Of a DNA stretch of 64,000 nucleotides, positions 26,040-39,600 are shown piece by piece. A program made the position numbers and the translations under genes. Every line of letters starts with the position of its first letter. The stretch's first letter is position 1. The DNA is from Geosiphon pyriformis uo1 (Eukaryota; Fungi; Glomeromycota): positions 1,414,748-1,478,747 of the forward strand of contig JAAOMT010000295.1 in assembly GCA_016748015.1 (NCBI GenBank), in the 5' to 3' direction. The notes under the pieces are model-generated. The model made no database searches, was not told where the DNA came from, and worked only from the letters and a program-made list of their open reading frames with translations.

Positions 26040-29000
26040 ATATGATATTAGTTGCTAATACATATAATAGCTAATAAAAAGTATGGATTTTAATCATAAC
26101 ATCATCTTTTCCAAAAAGATTGAGCTCCAGCAAAATCAAGTTATTCATAAGATAATCTATTTGAAGAGTTTTGTTTAGATTAAAACTAACTAGTTTATTG
26201 AAGTTTTTTATGGATAAGGTATATAATATTTGAGGTGAAATGAGTTTTGTATCTAAGAGACAAAATTTTTGTATAAGAGTTTTGACTCTTTTAGCAATAG
26301 TTAAAACTCTTAAAACATCTAATTATATAATGTCCAAAATTTCTATCTGTATTTTTAAAGTTGTTTTCTTTATAAATTTTATATTTTCTATAATTTTACC
26401 AAAACAATTATAGAGTTCTAATTGCCTTTTATATGACAAGTTTTTGTTTATAGGCAAAATTTCTTGGATTGTTTTTTCAATTATACTAAAAAGTGAGAGT
26501 ATTACTGTTATTATATTTTTTAGCAGATATTTATCTAATTTGTTACCAATTTTTTCTCTTTTGGTAGTAGTTTTCTTTGGTCTAATAACAGTATATGTTT
26601 TATTGTTATCAGTTATAGTAGTCTGTTTTCCAATAGTCAAAGTAATGTTTGAATAGTTTTGATCTAATACTTATGAAGAGTATAAAAGATGTTTTGAATG
26701 TTTTAATTTAGGAAATAATTGTTTATGTTGATTAAAGATATCTCTGTTTTGAGAACAGTGAATTTATTTTATATCTGATTTTTGCTGATCATTTGGGTTA
26801 ATATTATCACACCAGATAACTAATTAGGTTGTTTGTAATATTTTTTAAGTCATGTACCATAAACAGAGCAATTATTAAAGATTGTTCTATATTAATCTTG
26901 TAAGATATAAAAACCATTGTTTAAAACTTTGTTGACTATAAAAAGTATTTTTTACTGGCTAAAAAACTATCACCATAGACATTGTCTCTGTTTAAACAAT
27001 ATTCCAAAACTAAGTTACCAACACTTAAGAAAAGTGTTTTATAGGTTTTTTTTTCTTAAGCTTTTCTTGAAACTGTTTTATCTTTTCAAAAACAATTATT
27101 CATGTTTTTATCAAAAAGTCAAGAATAGTATTAAGTCTTCTTTGCAAAATGTTTTTGTAATTCTCTATTGTGATTTCTTCAAAGAGTATTGTTTTAATGT
27201 TAGTTTTTATTGGTAGAGTTGTCATTCATCTATAGAGCAGATAAAAAAATTCATAATTTATTATGTTATAATTTACAGTTCTATAAGCAAACAAAATTGA
27301 AGGCAGTACTTTGTCTTATAAGTTTGTTTCTTAACTGGTTTTGGCTAAAGTTTCATATAGTATTCTGTTAAAATGTTTTATTAGGCTATTTATTTGAGAG
27401 TAATAAGAAAAAGAGAGTTTATAATATATTCTCATTTTTTTATAAAGTTTTTTAACTAATGTATTAAGAAAAGCTCTTCTTCTATTAGATAAAAGTTTTT
27501 TGGAGCAGTCATGATTACAGATAATATCTTTATAAATAAAATTGGTTATAAAGATTGTTGTTTAGTCTGGGGTGGCTTTTGCTTCTACCTATTTTGTAGA
27601 ATAGTTAGTAACTGTAATAATATATTTGTTGTTACTAAAAGTTATTATTAAAGATCTAACAACATCTATATTCCCAAGATAGGTTAATAATAGTAAGCTA
27701 AAATTTACTGAATTGTTTTTGTTTTTTCAAAATATCTAGCTAATAGATCAGTTTTTTTTGTTAATATGTAGCTATGCTGGTCTTTTATTAGTTTAGCCAC
27801 ACTCAAAAAGCATGGTTTTTTCATAAAGCCAATTCATCCAATAATCTAAAATACAAGATGTGGCTAACCACTAAGTGGTTATGCTTAGCTATACACTAGT
27901 ATAACCAAAAAACTTAAGGGGTATTACACTATTACATAAAATAATTTTACTACCAAAAACATTATTAAGTCTCTTATTACAACATGTGAACTCATCATCT
28001 ATTTTAACTTTGGATTTGTCATTATCATTATCACTACTTTTTGGTGTTTTGTGTATATTAAATATACATAATAGGTTTTTTTTAACTCTGTTATCAATAC
28101 CCACCAATTTTTCTTACTTAGTTTGTAATTTGCAATATTTCTTTCATAATTTATTTTTCACTTAAATTATTGCCCATTTACATACTTTAATTAATATATT
28201 ATTGTTAGTCTTTTAATTGATGTTAGCAAAAGCATTGTTTTTTCTAAATTGCTCATTGATTAATTCTTTGCATAGCAGATTTATGTTGGATGTTAATATG
28301 ATGTACTTATTAGACAGAACAATCCTCTTATTAGGATTTAAGATTTTATGTTTTCTTTCTACAGTCTTTAATAAGCACTGCATTTACTCATTTTTTATAT
28401 TATCTATTAGTGTCTTGCTTTTTTGAGTATTCAAAGAACATTTTCAAAAGTGTTAGTTGGTTTCTACTTCCATGTAACATATTTTGCAAAAATTGTTTAG
28501 ATACATAAAAAGATGTCTATTGTATAGTATTTCCACTGTTGACAGCATGTTGTAAAATAATTTTATGATAAATGTATGTATTGCTAAGAAATCAGCTAAG
28601 ATAAAATCTGATAATATTTTACCATCCCAGTTCTACATCTTAATTGTGTACTTTCAGTCTATTCTCTAGTCCAAAGAATCCAATATCTCTTGGACTTTGT
28701 TATTACCTATCTAATCTAAAGCTGCTTAAAACCCAGTCTGTTGGTTCAGAAAATGTTTGATATTTAGATTCAATTTAACTCCTCTGCAAAAGAAAATATA
28801 GCTAATATTTTTAATATTGTAGACCCATTTTACCATGTTAAAAGCAGTAGCTTTTTTGGCTAGTTTGTTAGCCATCTTATTTTTGGATATTCCAGTGTGT
28901 GTAGCCACTTTGTTTATGTTAAAATCAATTTTTTTTTTACTTATTACTATTTTGATTGCATTTTATATGTACCAGTTAGGAGTTTTAAGCTAATTTCTAA

Positions 29001-32000
29001 TAGATAAAGAAAAGTCTTTGAACAACCATTTTTGAGCTGTTGATATTATTGCTTGATTATTTGTGTTCAATATTACTTTACATTTGTAAAGTACAGCTTC
29101 CAAAATTAAAAATACAGTTTTTGCCTCAGTTTTTGTTAATGATAATATTTCATTAACTGCTATATCAAAGTTGGTCTTTATTCTATGTATTACAAAAGCA
29201 GCCATCCTTTTAATATCCTTAAAACCAGCTTTTATTAGTAAGCCATCTGTTGATATTTTTATTCCTTTCTAAGCCTTAACTTATTTTGTATACTCTTCTA
29301 TTGTAATAATAGAATGTCAGAAATTTGGATCTAAATAGTGTCCCTTTGAATTGTTTCCAGATTATCTGGTATTAGATTAGTTATTTTGTATATTTCTAAT
29401 GTTTCATATTAAACTACATCAATTTTTTTGTATTTATTCATAATGAGTGTAGTCTTTAATATCTTAAACCATTTGGGTATTTTACTACTATTACTTTATT
29501 TGTACTTCTTTGTAAAGTTCATCCATGTCATTAGTAATTCATTCTTGTTTTGTACTTGATGCAAATACAAAATGTTCTCCTTCCTCAGTAAGTCTTTAAC
29601 TTTAGTGTTAGTTGTATATAAAGTTATAACAGTCTCAATTAAATGTGTATATGGTCTTGAAAATTTAAGTACCCCATATGTATTACCAGAGCTTTTGAAT
29701 AAGATGCCTTTTTCTTTCATTATCTGTATAATATTTGCTATAAAATTAACTCCTGGCTTAAATTATTTATTAGTAGAATATTCAAGTATACTATAAGCTA
29801 ACCATCTTTGTGCTTGCAAGTTGGCTAATCTGATTTTTGTAGCCATTCCAGTAATATCAATACTGTTCAATCTAACCAACAAATCTGTGACCTTGCTTTT
29901 TGCTTGTATATCATTAATTTTAAACAAGTTGTACAAAGATAAGTAATACATATTACTAACTAGGAAATCTACTGAAAGATTTATCTTTTTCTTTACAGTG
30001 ATTAAAATCTTTGAAGTTTATCTTCTGGCCCAACTATTTGGAATATAGATCAATTGAAATCTAAATTCTATTGCTAAACTGAATACACTATTGAAAATGT
30101 AAATTGCCTGTTTTTTAGTAATGTATTTCTTCCTAATAATCCTATATACTGCTTTAATATCAGATCTTATTATTTTTAGCACAGTTTTATTTTTTCTATT
30201 TGTTTTAATCTATATTCCCAAATATCAGGTGTATGTAAACAAATCTAGCAATTTCAAGGTTTGTTTGTTTGGACCAAATTTTAGTGGCTCAACCAACACT
30301 AATTTCTTTTTGGAAAGTCTGATCATTATTGTTTTAGTCTTATATAAGTTGATCTTTATATCTACTATTCTAAAAAAAAAGCTGGCTGTGCCCAAAATAC
30401 TCTGCATTCCCTGTTTTGAGTTAGCTATCCACACTGTGTTATTAATAAAGATAAGATGGTTTACTGATACCAACAGTGATTGTGTGTCTGTTTGATTGTT
30501 TCACTTTTTCTATTCAGTTGTTAATTTGTATCTTTGACTATAATTGGCTTGTTTTACTTCACACAGTAAAAAGTTATAAAAAATTCTCTACATGATGGGT
30601 AAGCTTGTTTTCTCCTGATCTAGTTCATTTTGCATTTGATATTTATAACTTAATCCAAATTCAGTTATGATTCTATTGCTTCTATTGTTGTGTATCAAGT
30701 TAAATAATTCAGTAAACCTATTGTTTATCTTGATTCTTTTTAGTACAGCTTTTATGGGTTTTTATTCTACTAAGTCATATGCTTTTTTTATGTCCTAAAA
30801 TGTAAACCAAGTCTCATTACCAAATTCTCTTGCATGCTCAACAACAGCATTAATTACATAAATTGGCACTGCTGTAGATGTATTCTTTAAAATTGAGGTG
30901 TTGTAACTTTTTAGAACATTATTGAGCTTGCATGCTTTTGATATTCTTACAGTTAGAATCTTTGTTAAGATCTTTCTAATACTTTCAATGAGTGTGATTG
31001 GTCTGGTCATGTCAATATTGCCACCTCATTCTTTTGGCTTTGAAATCAGTATAACTTGTGCTATTTTTTACTTTTTAGGCATGTTTGCTGTTTCTATGCA
31101 AGCATTAAGCAACAATTTTAGTTTAGACTTAGTATTAAGCCCAGTCTTCAGCTTGAATATCTGATAAGCCAAAGGCTTTGTTATAAAGTGTGTGGCTTAA
31201 TATGTATTCAAATTCTTTATTTGTTATTTCAGCTATTACACTATTAAAGGCATGATCTGAGATGCTCTCAATTGGTTTAAACCTGTGTTCTCAACTTTTC
31301 TATAGTTTAGGTTCAAGAAATTTTGTTCTAATCCAATCTTGAGCTTTTTTGTTTACTAATTTTTTGATTTTATTAAGACTATTATGAAATTTGCCTTCTT
31401 TTATAATATAGTTTAGTACTATTCTTTGTTTTTTTCTGTTTAGAATGCTTTTGATCATTGTTTCTTTGTTTAGTTCAAAGTTTTGTTGTCTTTTGATGAT
31501 ATTGTTTACTATTTGTCTCTGTTATTGTAGTTTAATCCTAGTGTGTAGTGTTGATCTGTATTTTTTTTTAATGCTAAGTAATTCTGTAATAAGCTTATTT
31601 TTTAAGAGAGTTAATAGATATGTATTAACTATTTCAGATTTCAACTGTTTCCATTTAGCCAATAGCTACATAACATTGTTATTATACATATCTGCATTGT
31701 TTACTCTTATTTGTTTGATTATATCAGCAACAATCTTAACAAGTTTGTAATTTACACATTCTTTTTTTGTGTATGCAAATTAGGCTTCTACTTTCTTTTT
31801 TGGTAAACAATCAGCAGCTTGTAATACAGTCTCCTTGATTGTAAGCCATATTTGGTTTAGATTATCATTGCTGTTATCTACTGATTTTCTTTGTATTTCA
31901 TTTATTAATTGATTAGTTTCTCTTGTATAGACTTTTTATTGCATTCTAAATGCTTTCTTAACATCAATCATAGTTGTGCTACCCTTTCTCTTAGATCTAA

Positions 32001-33595
32001 ATTTTTTAGTGTCTGCCAATATTTTGCCAAATTAGATAATTGTTACTACTGCTTTGTGGTCAATGTTAAATAATTCATTAACATTAATTACTCTAATGTT
32101 TGTGACTAGTGAGACTGTAATAATGTTAGTGAACACATAGTTCAATTTTTTTTGTACTCTATTTGATGCTTATGTATTATTTAGATTATTTCTTGCATAT
32201 ACTCCATGTGTATTTACCAGATTTATTTATTGCAGCATTGTTGCAGTAAGACCTTTTTTTTATTTGTTTGTGGCAAATGTTTCTTCAAGTAATTTGGATG
32301 TCAGATCTTTATTTAAATCACTTGCCACTATAATAATTTTTTTGTTTTGCACAATGTTTACAAAAAGCTTTTTGATCTTTTTTGCTACTGTCTTTTCAGT
32401 AGTTGATTTTGAAGCAGGTATATATAACTTAACTATGTGTATACTTATTTTTTCCCTAAATTTCAATACCAAATATAATAGTTTTCTATAATAATCTCTA
32501 ATTGCTTCTATATAGTGAGTTTAACATTTTTTAATCAGTATATTCACCCCAGTTCCTATTTGTTTTTTAATGCTTGACTTCCAAAAAGTGTGATATTTTT
32601 TAGAGCCAAAAAACACATCTTTTTCTTTGAGTAAAGTCAGTTTAATTTTTGTAATGACTATAAAGTCAAACTGTTTTTCTTTAATTTATTGTAGTATTTT
32701 TTTAGCTTTGCCAGAATTGTTAAGTCCTTTAATATTAATAGTTCTAATTTTCCAAGTATTATTATTAGAAATGTTCTGTTCTAACTTAAGGTTGAATGTA
32801 TTATATATCATCTGTTTTCATAGATTTAGGTTTTTCAGTCATAATACCATTTTAATTATTCTGTTTCTCCACTTGTTTTAGCAGTATCATAATAAGTTTC
32901 AGGGTTTTTTTAATTTTATTGATTTTTTTCTCTGGATTTTATGCCTTTTTTTTCTTCTTTGAGTTATGTCTGAAGATCATATTCTGGTTTGCTTTTTTAT
33001 TATTTCTTTTTTTTTTTTCTTTAGTATATAACTTGATAGTTAATTCACTATTTTGTCTTTTTTTTTTATACTATTACTCCAAGTTTGGCAGCCATAGTAT
33101 TCAGTAGTTTGGTCATTTTATTAATTTGTTGTCTTAATTCATTAGTTAATAAATCAGTATACATGTTATATATTACAATTTTTTTTCTTTAAATCTGATA
33201 ATTCTTTGGAAACAGTCAAGATTTTTTTTGTTTCTTTTATATAATTGGTTCTGGTAGATCAAATAAAAATGTAATTGTTTATGTAAATGTTCTTTTTATT
33301 GTCAAGTGTAGTTTAGTAAATATTGTTCTTTACCCAAAAGTTTTATTAGTAAAAAATAGTTGTTCAAATCTATTATTATGTGTTGTTAAGAGAAAGTTAC
33401 TAATAATTAAGTTGGTTTGGTTTGTGAAAGTTGTACTATTACTAGTGATAAGTCTGAAAAAAGCATTGGTATTTTAATAATTTGCTCTTTTACAATGTTG
33501 AATATTATAGTCAAATTTATCCAGATGGAGTATTTAGCAAGTTATCTTTTTGTGTTTCAGCTTTTTTTTGTTGTATAACCAAATCAAGACTTGTT
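26040..33595 (-). mobile_element. Gypsy-A copy 3 fragment (LTR stub, ORF3, integrase, RNase H end), interrupted by LINE-2
   Basis: 26040-27752 and 33143-33595 are collinear with copy 2. The LTR stub ends ...CATAACA at about 26101. Small deletion in integrase near 27670. Confidence 0.88.
27753..33142 (-). mobile_element. LINE-2 family element (APE endonuclease, RT, RNase H, Zn finger), 5'-truncated within ORF1, pseudogenised
   Basis: 16-bp TSD TAGCTAATAGATCAGT (27737-27752) / TAGTTAATAAATCAGT (33143-33158). RT motif TRPITLIESIRKILTKIL, endonuclease motif IIVASDLN, RNase H motif KVATHTGISKNKMAN. Poly(A) tail at 27753. Confidence 0.92.
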
Positions 33596-33718
33596 ATTTT
33601 TTTTTTGTTAACATGTAACCATACTGGTCATTATTAGTTATGTTTACAAAATTATGGCACTTTTATAAAGTTAGCTTACTTAATAATACAAAAATCACAA
33701 GATATGACTAATCAGTTA
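33596..33718 (-). mobile_element. Isolated LINE-2-type 3' tail
   Basis: T run followed by GTTAACATGTAACCATACTGG...CACAAGATATGACTAATC, matching 22898-23020 and 27753-27870. Confidence 0.8.
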
Positions 33719-35274
33719 AAATACCACTATTTAGTAAAGTCATTCTTGAATCAAAACCAATTACTGTAATATATACAGATGCCAAGATTGATGGTCAGTT
33801 CATTAAACTAATCCTAAACAGTAGATCAGCTGGCAGTATTATTACACAACAACTCATGAATTAATTAAGTCATCAAGTTGATTATGCTGCCAGCACCAAA
33901 ATTATTACCACTAATGAAGTGACAAAAATGCCTATTGGTGAAATTGACAACTTCTCATTTGAAGTTAATAGCATCATCATGTTCATAAAGGTTCTTGTTA
34001 TTGAAGCCACATAGTACTAAGCTTTAGTTGATAATAACTAGCTGTCCAAGACCAACATTATACTTGACTAGACCATCCAAGAATTACAACTCAGTCAAAA
34101 TAGTCAACACATTTAAGTACTAGCTATCTGTGGTCACTTTAGACCAACTACTACACAACTACTTATAGAATTTGAAAAAAAAAGAAAAACCTACCTGAAA
34201 AGCCTATTAAGTTTCATGGGTTGACAATGACAACAACAAATTATTACTAATACTCTCTTAGGACAACAAAAAAAGAAAAAAGAAAAGAACATATTTAAAG
34301 AAACCACAGCCACCAAAAAACTGAATAATGATTAGAAAAAATCTTATTTGACTGACATCAGACCAAAACCATCATATATTCTATTTAAGTGCAAGAACTG
34401 CAAGAAAAAACTGTCCTCTATGGGAGTCTGGGTTGCATTGGACAAAGATTACTGGATACATACACACTATTATTGTAAGCTGTGCTATTATAAATGCTAT
34501 GGCTACCCAAAAAGACAAGGAAAGTGAGACAATAAACTATGTTTTACTTGTGGAAAAACTTTACTTGACAAAAAAATGTAGAATAACATTTCTGGTTGAG
34601 AAGAAACATATGATACATCATGTCAATACATGATTCTCATAAACAACTGGGTGAGTTGTAGAATATTTTTTAACACTACATAGAACCAAGCTTTGTCATG
34701 CTTAAACAGTTACTCATATGACAAAGATGAGATCTGAAGAATGGCAAAAGCCAAAGTTGAAGACATTTTGCCCAATAATATTCTGAAAATAAAAAACAAC
34801 TTATCAGAACCAGTTGAAGTTGTTTTTATTCCCAATTCTGATGCATTTTTTGATATTAAAACAGGCTCAAAAGAATTCCATAAACATTACCAAAATCTAG
34901 TACTTACCAGAAAAAAACAAGAACAGTATTTGAAACAGCTAAACACAAGACTATATAAACATTGCCTAATTTCCAGTGACTTTGAATATTGTGATAATTG
35001 TAATCTTATTTACAATCTACCACCACAAATAATTTATTCAATTTTTGAAAAGGAAGAGCTAATCAGTGAGTGTATAGTGGAATTGAAATTGAAGTTCAAT
35101 TTTGATTCAAACTTTAACAATAACAATAATAGTAATAGTTCCAGCTCTATTCAATATGGCAATAACAACAACAAAGATTCAAACTCCAATTCAAACTCAA
35201 AATAATATATTGCACTCCCTGATTTTTTAAAGAAGCAAGAATTCAAATGGTTCAATGATAATGATGAAAGTATT

Positions 35275-35670
35275 ATGCCAGAATGTGTGCATGATACTGA
35301 TGCAAGTTTTGATCTAAAATACTTAAGAAAAAATGCCATTAAATTGGAACCATATTCACACACTTGTGTTAATCTGAAATTAGCACTAGAAATTCTAACA
35401 ACAACAATAGTTCAATTAGCATCTAGATTTAGTTTAACAAAAAAGAGAATCAACATTAAAAGAAGAATAATTAATGCAGAATATATGAGAAATATCATTG
35501 TAATACTACAAAATAACTTAGAAAAAGAATATGTTATCAAACCAAATAAAAAGATAATATAAGCAATATTCTTATCTCTGGTGAAAATAGCTCAGTTAGT
35601 GCCAGTAGAAACAAGAAAAAAATTAGGGATTACAGCCAAAGGAAAAAATAAATTTGGATTCATGAGTAAA
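35275..35670 (+). pseudogene. dUTPase domain within Gypsy-B pol
   Basis: All five trimeric dUTPase motifs are recognisable in order despite transitions: HDTDASFDL, ASRFSL, RRIINAEYMRNI, KII*AIF, AKGKNKFGFM (consensus AGFDL, RSS, GIIDxGYxG, IAQ, RGxxGFGS). Confidence 0.85.
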
Positions 35671-38600
35671 ATAGATATATCAATTAATATGGCAGAGGAA
35701 AAAGTTATTAACAAAGAAGAAATTATCTTCATCCATCAATCAATTTCCATTCTATTATATAACCAGTATTCAATAGTTATAGAAAAAAAAATAAGAGATC
35801 AATCCCAAATCTTTGAAGTGGAAGCCACTATTTGTGAATCAAAAAAGATTGCTATTACTAATCTCTATATACCAGTTAGAAATCACAAACACATTAAAAT
35901 TTCTATCCACAATACAACTGAAAACACTATTGAAATACCAAGTGGAACTATCATTGAATACTTAAGCACTAAAGTTGAAAACCAACCACCAAGCACTATT
36001 TCAGATTTTCCACAACTTTGCAGATATGTAGATATTACATCACAAACAATATACAGATGAGAAGAATATTACTTGCTTTAATCAAAACAATTAAAACAAA
36101 TGAAATTGAAAAATCTAGATTTACTTCAACAAATACAGCTCAAGATGTTGCTTAATAATTTTACTGACATCTTTGCCAGTGAAAATGAATTTGGCAGAAC
36201 CAATATCATTCAACACCAAATCAAGACTGGAGATGCAATGCCAATTAAACAAAGAGCATACAGAGTACTATTAGCAAGCCATAAAATTATCTGACAAAAA
36301 ATCAACTAAATGTTAGAAAACAAATTAATTCAACTATCAATAAGTCCATAGTTATTACCAGTGGTACTAGTTTACAAGAAAAATAGAAAAATTTGCTTTT
36401 GTGTAAATTACAGAAAGCTTAACAGTATTACTAATGGAGACAGTTATCCAACTCCACAAATCCAGAAATTATTTGATGCTTTTGGAAGAAAGAAATGGTT
36501 TTCAATATTGGATCTAAACAGTGATTACTGACAAGTAGCCATAAAACCAGAAGATAATAAGAAGACCACTTTTACAACCAGAAAAAAGAATTTCAAATTT
36601 GAAGTAATATCATTTGGTTTAACCAATGCACCAGCCATATTCTAATGGCTTATGAAAATTGTTTATACTAGACTGCTATGGAAATCAGTAGTTGTTTATT
36701 TAGATAACATCAATGTATTCTCAAAAACATTTAATAATCATCTTTATTATTTACAGCAAGTGTTTAAAAGACTTAAAAGAGCTAGATTAAAACTGAATAC
36801 AACCAAATACTTCTTTGGCAAAACAGAACTAAAATTTTTGAAACATGTTGTAAACAAAGATGGAATCAAAACAGATTCAAATAAGATTAAGATAGTAAAG
36901 AACTTTTTAGTACCAACAAACTTAACAGAACTATGAGCATTCTTGGAATTTGCTAAATATTACTGCCATTTTATCCAGAACTTTTCTAAACTGGCTCAAT
37001 TACTCTACCAGCTTCAAACTAAAAATGTAAAATATAAATAAACTGAAGCCCAGCAAAAAGCTTTCAACATTTCAAGAAGAAAGCCTATCTAAGCACCAGT
37101 ATTGATTTATTTAAATTATAGCAAACCATTCATCATTACTATTGATGCATCTGGTAGCTGTATTATTCCAGAAAAAACCAGATAAAAGAGAACACCCAGT
37201 AGTATATATCAGCTAAAGCTTAAATTCAACAGAAAAAAACTATAGAATACCAGCACTAAAACACTTAGCTATTTATTAAGCAGTCATAAAATAAAAAAAA
37301 TATTTAAGCCAGAAGTTTGAAGTATACACTGATCACAAAAAATTGATTTTAATTCAGAAACAAAAATTTAGAGATAACTGCTATGCCAGATAGAAAATAA
37401 AACTTTTACCATTTAAATATATTATATATTATAAAAAGAAAAAAAAATAGAAATGCTAACAGTTTATTACAAATAAAACAAATCTAAAAACATTTCAAAC
37501 CAAAAATATAACAAAAGATAAACACAAAAAAATATCAACAACTCCAGCACTATATTAATACCCAACAGTTTAAGGAAAAATTATCTTAAAAGAAACAAAA
37601 CAATATAAAACAACAATCAAAAAATTTTATTACTTACCAAAATATACTATATCAAAAAAACAGAAAAAATCTAAATCAACCACTCAGAGTAATCACAAAA
37701 CCAAAAAAAGAAACAATATTATACAACATGCATTCAAATTCAATAGCAGAATATTTTCATAAAGAAGCAACCATGGAAAAAACCAGAAAAAAATATTATT
37801 GGCCATTAATGTATTCAGATATTATTCAATATATTCAAAATTGTGATGCTTGTCAGAAAAGAGAAAAAACCAGATCCAGTGAACTATTAAGACCAATTAG
37901 AGTAGAACAATTATTTAACAGAATTGGAATTGACTTAGTTGAACTATTAACAATAACCAGCAGAGACAATCATTATATAGCAGTAGTTATGAACTATCTC
38001 ACAAAATGGCCAAAAGTAAAAGCAATTCAAAGAGTAGATGCAGAATCTATAGCCAAATTTGTTTACCAAGATTTAATTTGTTAGCATAAATGTCCAAAAA
38101 AATTGTTATCAGATCAAGAAACTTACTTTGTAAACAGAACATTAGCAGAATTAAGTTAAAGATTTGGAATCAAGAGATTATTATCATCACTATATTATTT
38201 ACAAACAAATGGTCTAATTGAAAGGTTCAACAGAACACTGTATAAAACAATTGCCAAAATCAGTCAAAAAAACTAGGATAAATGAGATTTGTTTATATTA
38301 TCAATACTATTTACTTATTGAACAATAAAACAAAACACCACACAAGTAACATTATTTGAACTTGTTTATAATAAAACAGCAATATTATCAGTTAAGATAA
38401 ATATCAATACATATTCAACTAAACCAATAAACAAAGCCAATTTCCAAAAAACATTGCTAAGAAAAACATACAAACTAATAGAAACATTAGAAAACAAAAG
38501 ATAAAAAGCAGCTGATAACATTTAAAGGTTACAAGAAAAACAAAAAAAAAGACATGATAACCAATTACCAAATAAACCAGTTGAATTCAGGATTGGAAAC

Positions 38601-39600
38601 AAAGTATTTTTGCATCATACCAAAGTAGAAAAACAATGGAGTAGAAAATTTGACTCCAAATAAAATAGACCATTTCACATAGAAAAAATTCTAAGAAATA
38701 GAGCTTATAAATTAAGATAGGACAACAAAATCTTAACCAAAGCAGTACATAGTGATTGATTAAAACCATATTACAATATAGCACTATTATCTACCAGTAA
38801 TACTTTACAACTAGAAATACAACAAGTATTAGTCTAATCAAATAAGATCTCATAAAATTTTGAACCAATTATAATCATTGATTCAAATATGTCAAATTAA
38901 TTGACCAAATCAGTATATAAAAATATGATATACATAACAAAAGAACCATAGAAAATGGAAATACCAGACTATATTCACATTTTAGTTCAACAATTATTTC
39001 AGGTCTTAAATTAATACCAATTGGACATGAAAATTACTATTAACTATTAAACAATCTGCTATTAAAACACCAAGAAAAAAAAAAGTACACCATACCAGTA
39101 ATCACAAAACCAACCAAGAAACTAGTTAGATAAAATAGTAGAAAAAGTAAAGAACACTTTTGGAAAAATACCCATTATGGTTCCAACAGAAAAACTTTCA
39201 AAAAAAATTGGAAACAGTAAATAGAACAACTCTCAATACCATACTGCTACTATTAGTTGGAATAAAAATTGGATATTCAGAAGTTATATTTTGATAAAAC
39301 CAAGAGAATATTTAATTAAGAGATAATATAGAATATTAAAGATATTGTTGAAAAGAAAACAAATCTGACACTACACATTAGAACAATCTATCAACTACAT
39401 ACAATATTTCAAAACTATCCAGAAATATTGCTACACTCTGACATAAAGACAATAATCATTAACCAGTAGAGAAAAATAAACAACTTATAAATCAAAGATA
39501 TAAGAAGCAGAGTTGAACAAACAATATTAAAAAAAGAAGTCATGGACTTAATTCAAAATGAAAATTTTGATAAAGTTTAATATTAAAAAGAAGAAGATAA

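Noticed and set aside
38560-38890. Chromodomain at the integrase C-terminus
   Set aside because: Only a GPY/F-like segment and a short tail are visible. No chromodomain motif was recognised in either family.
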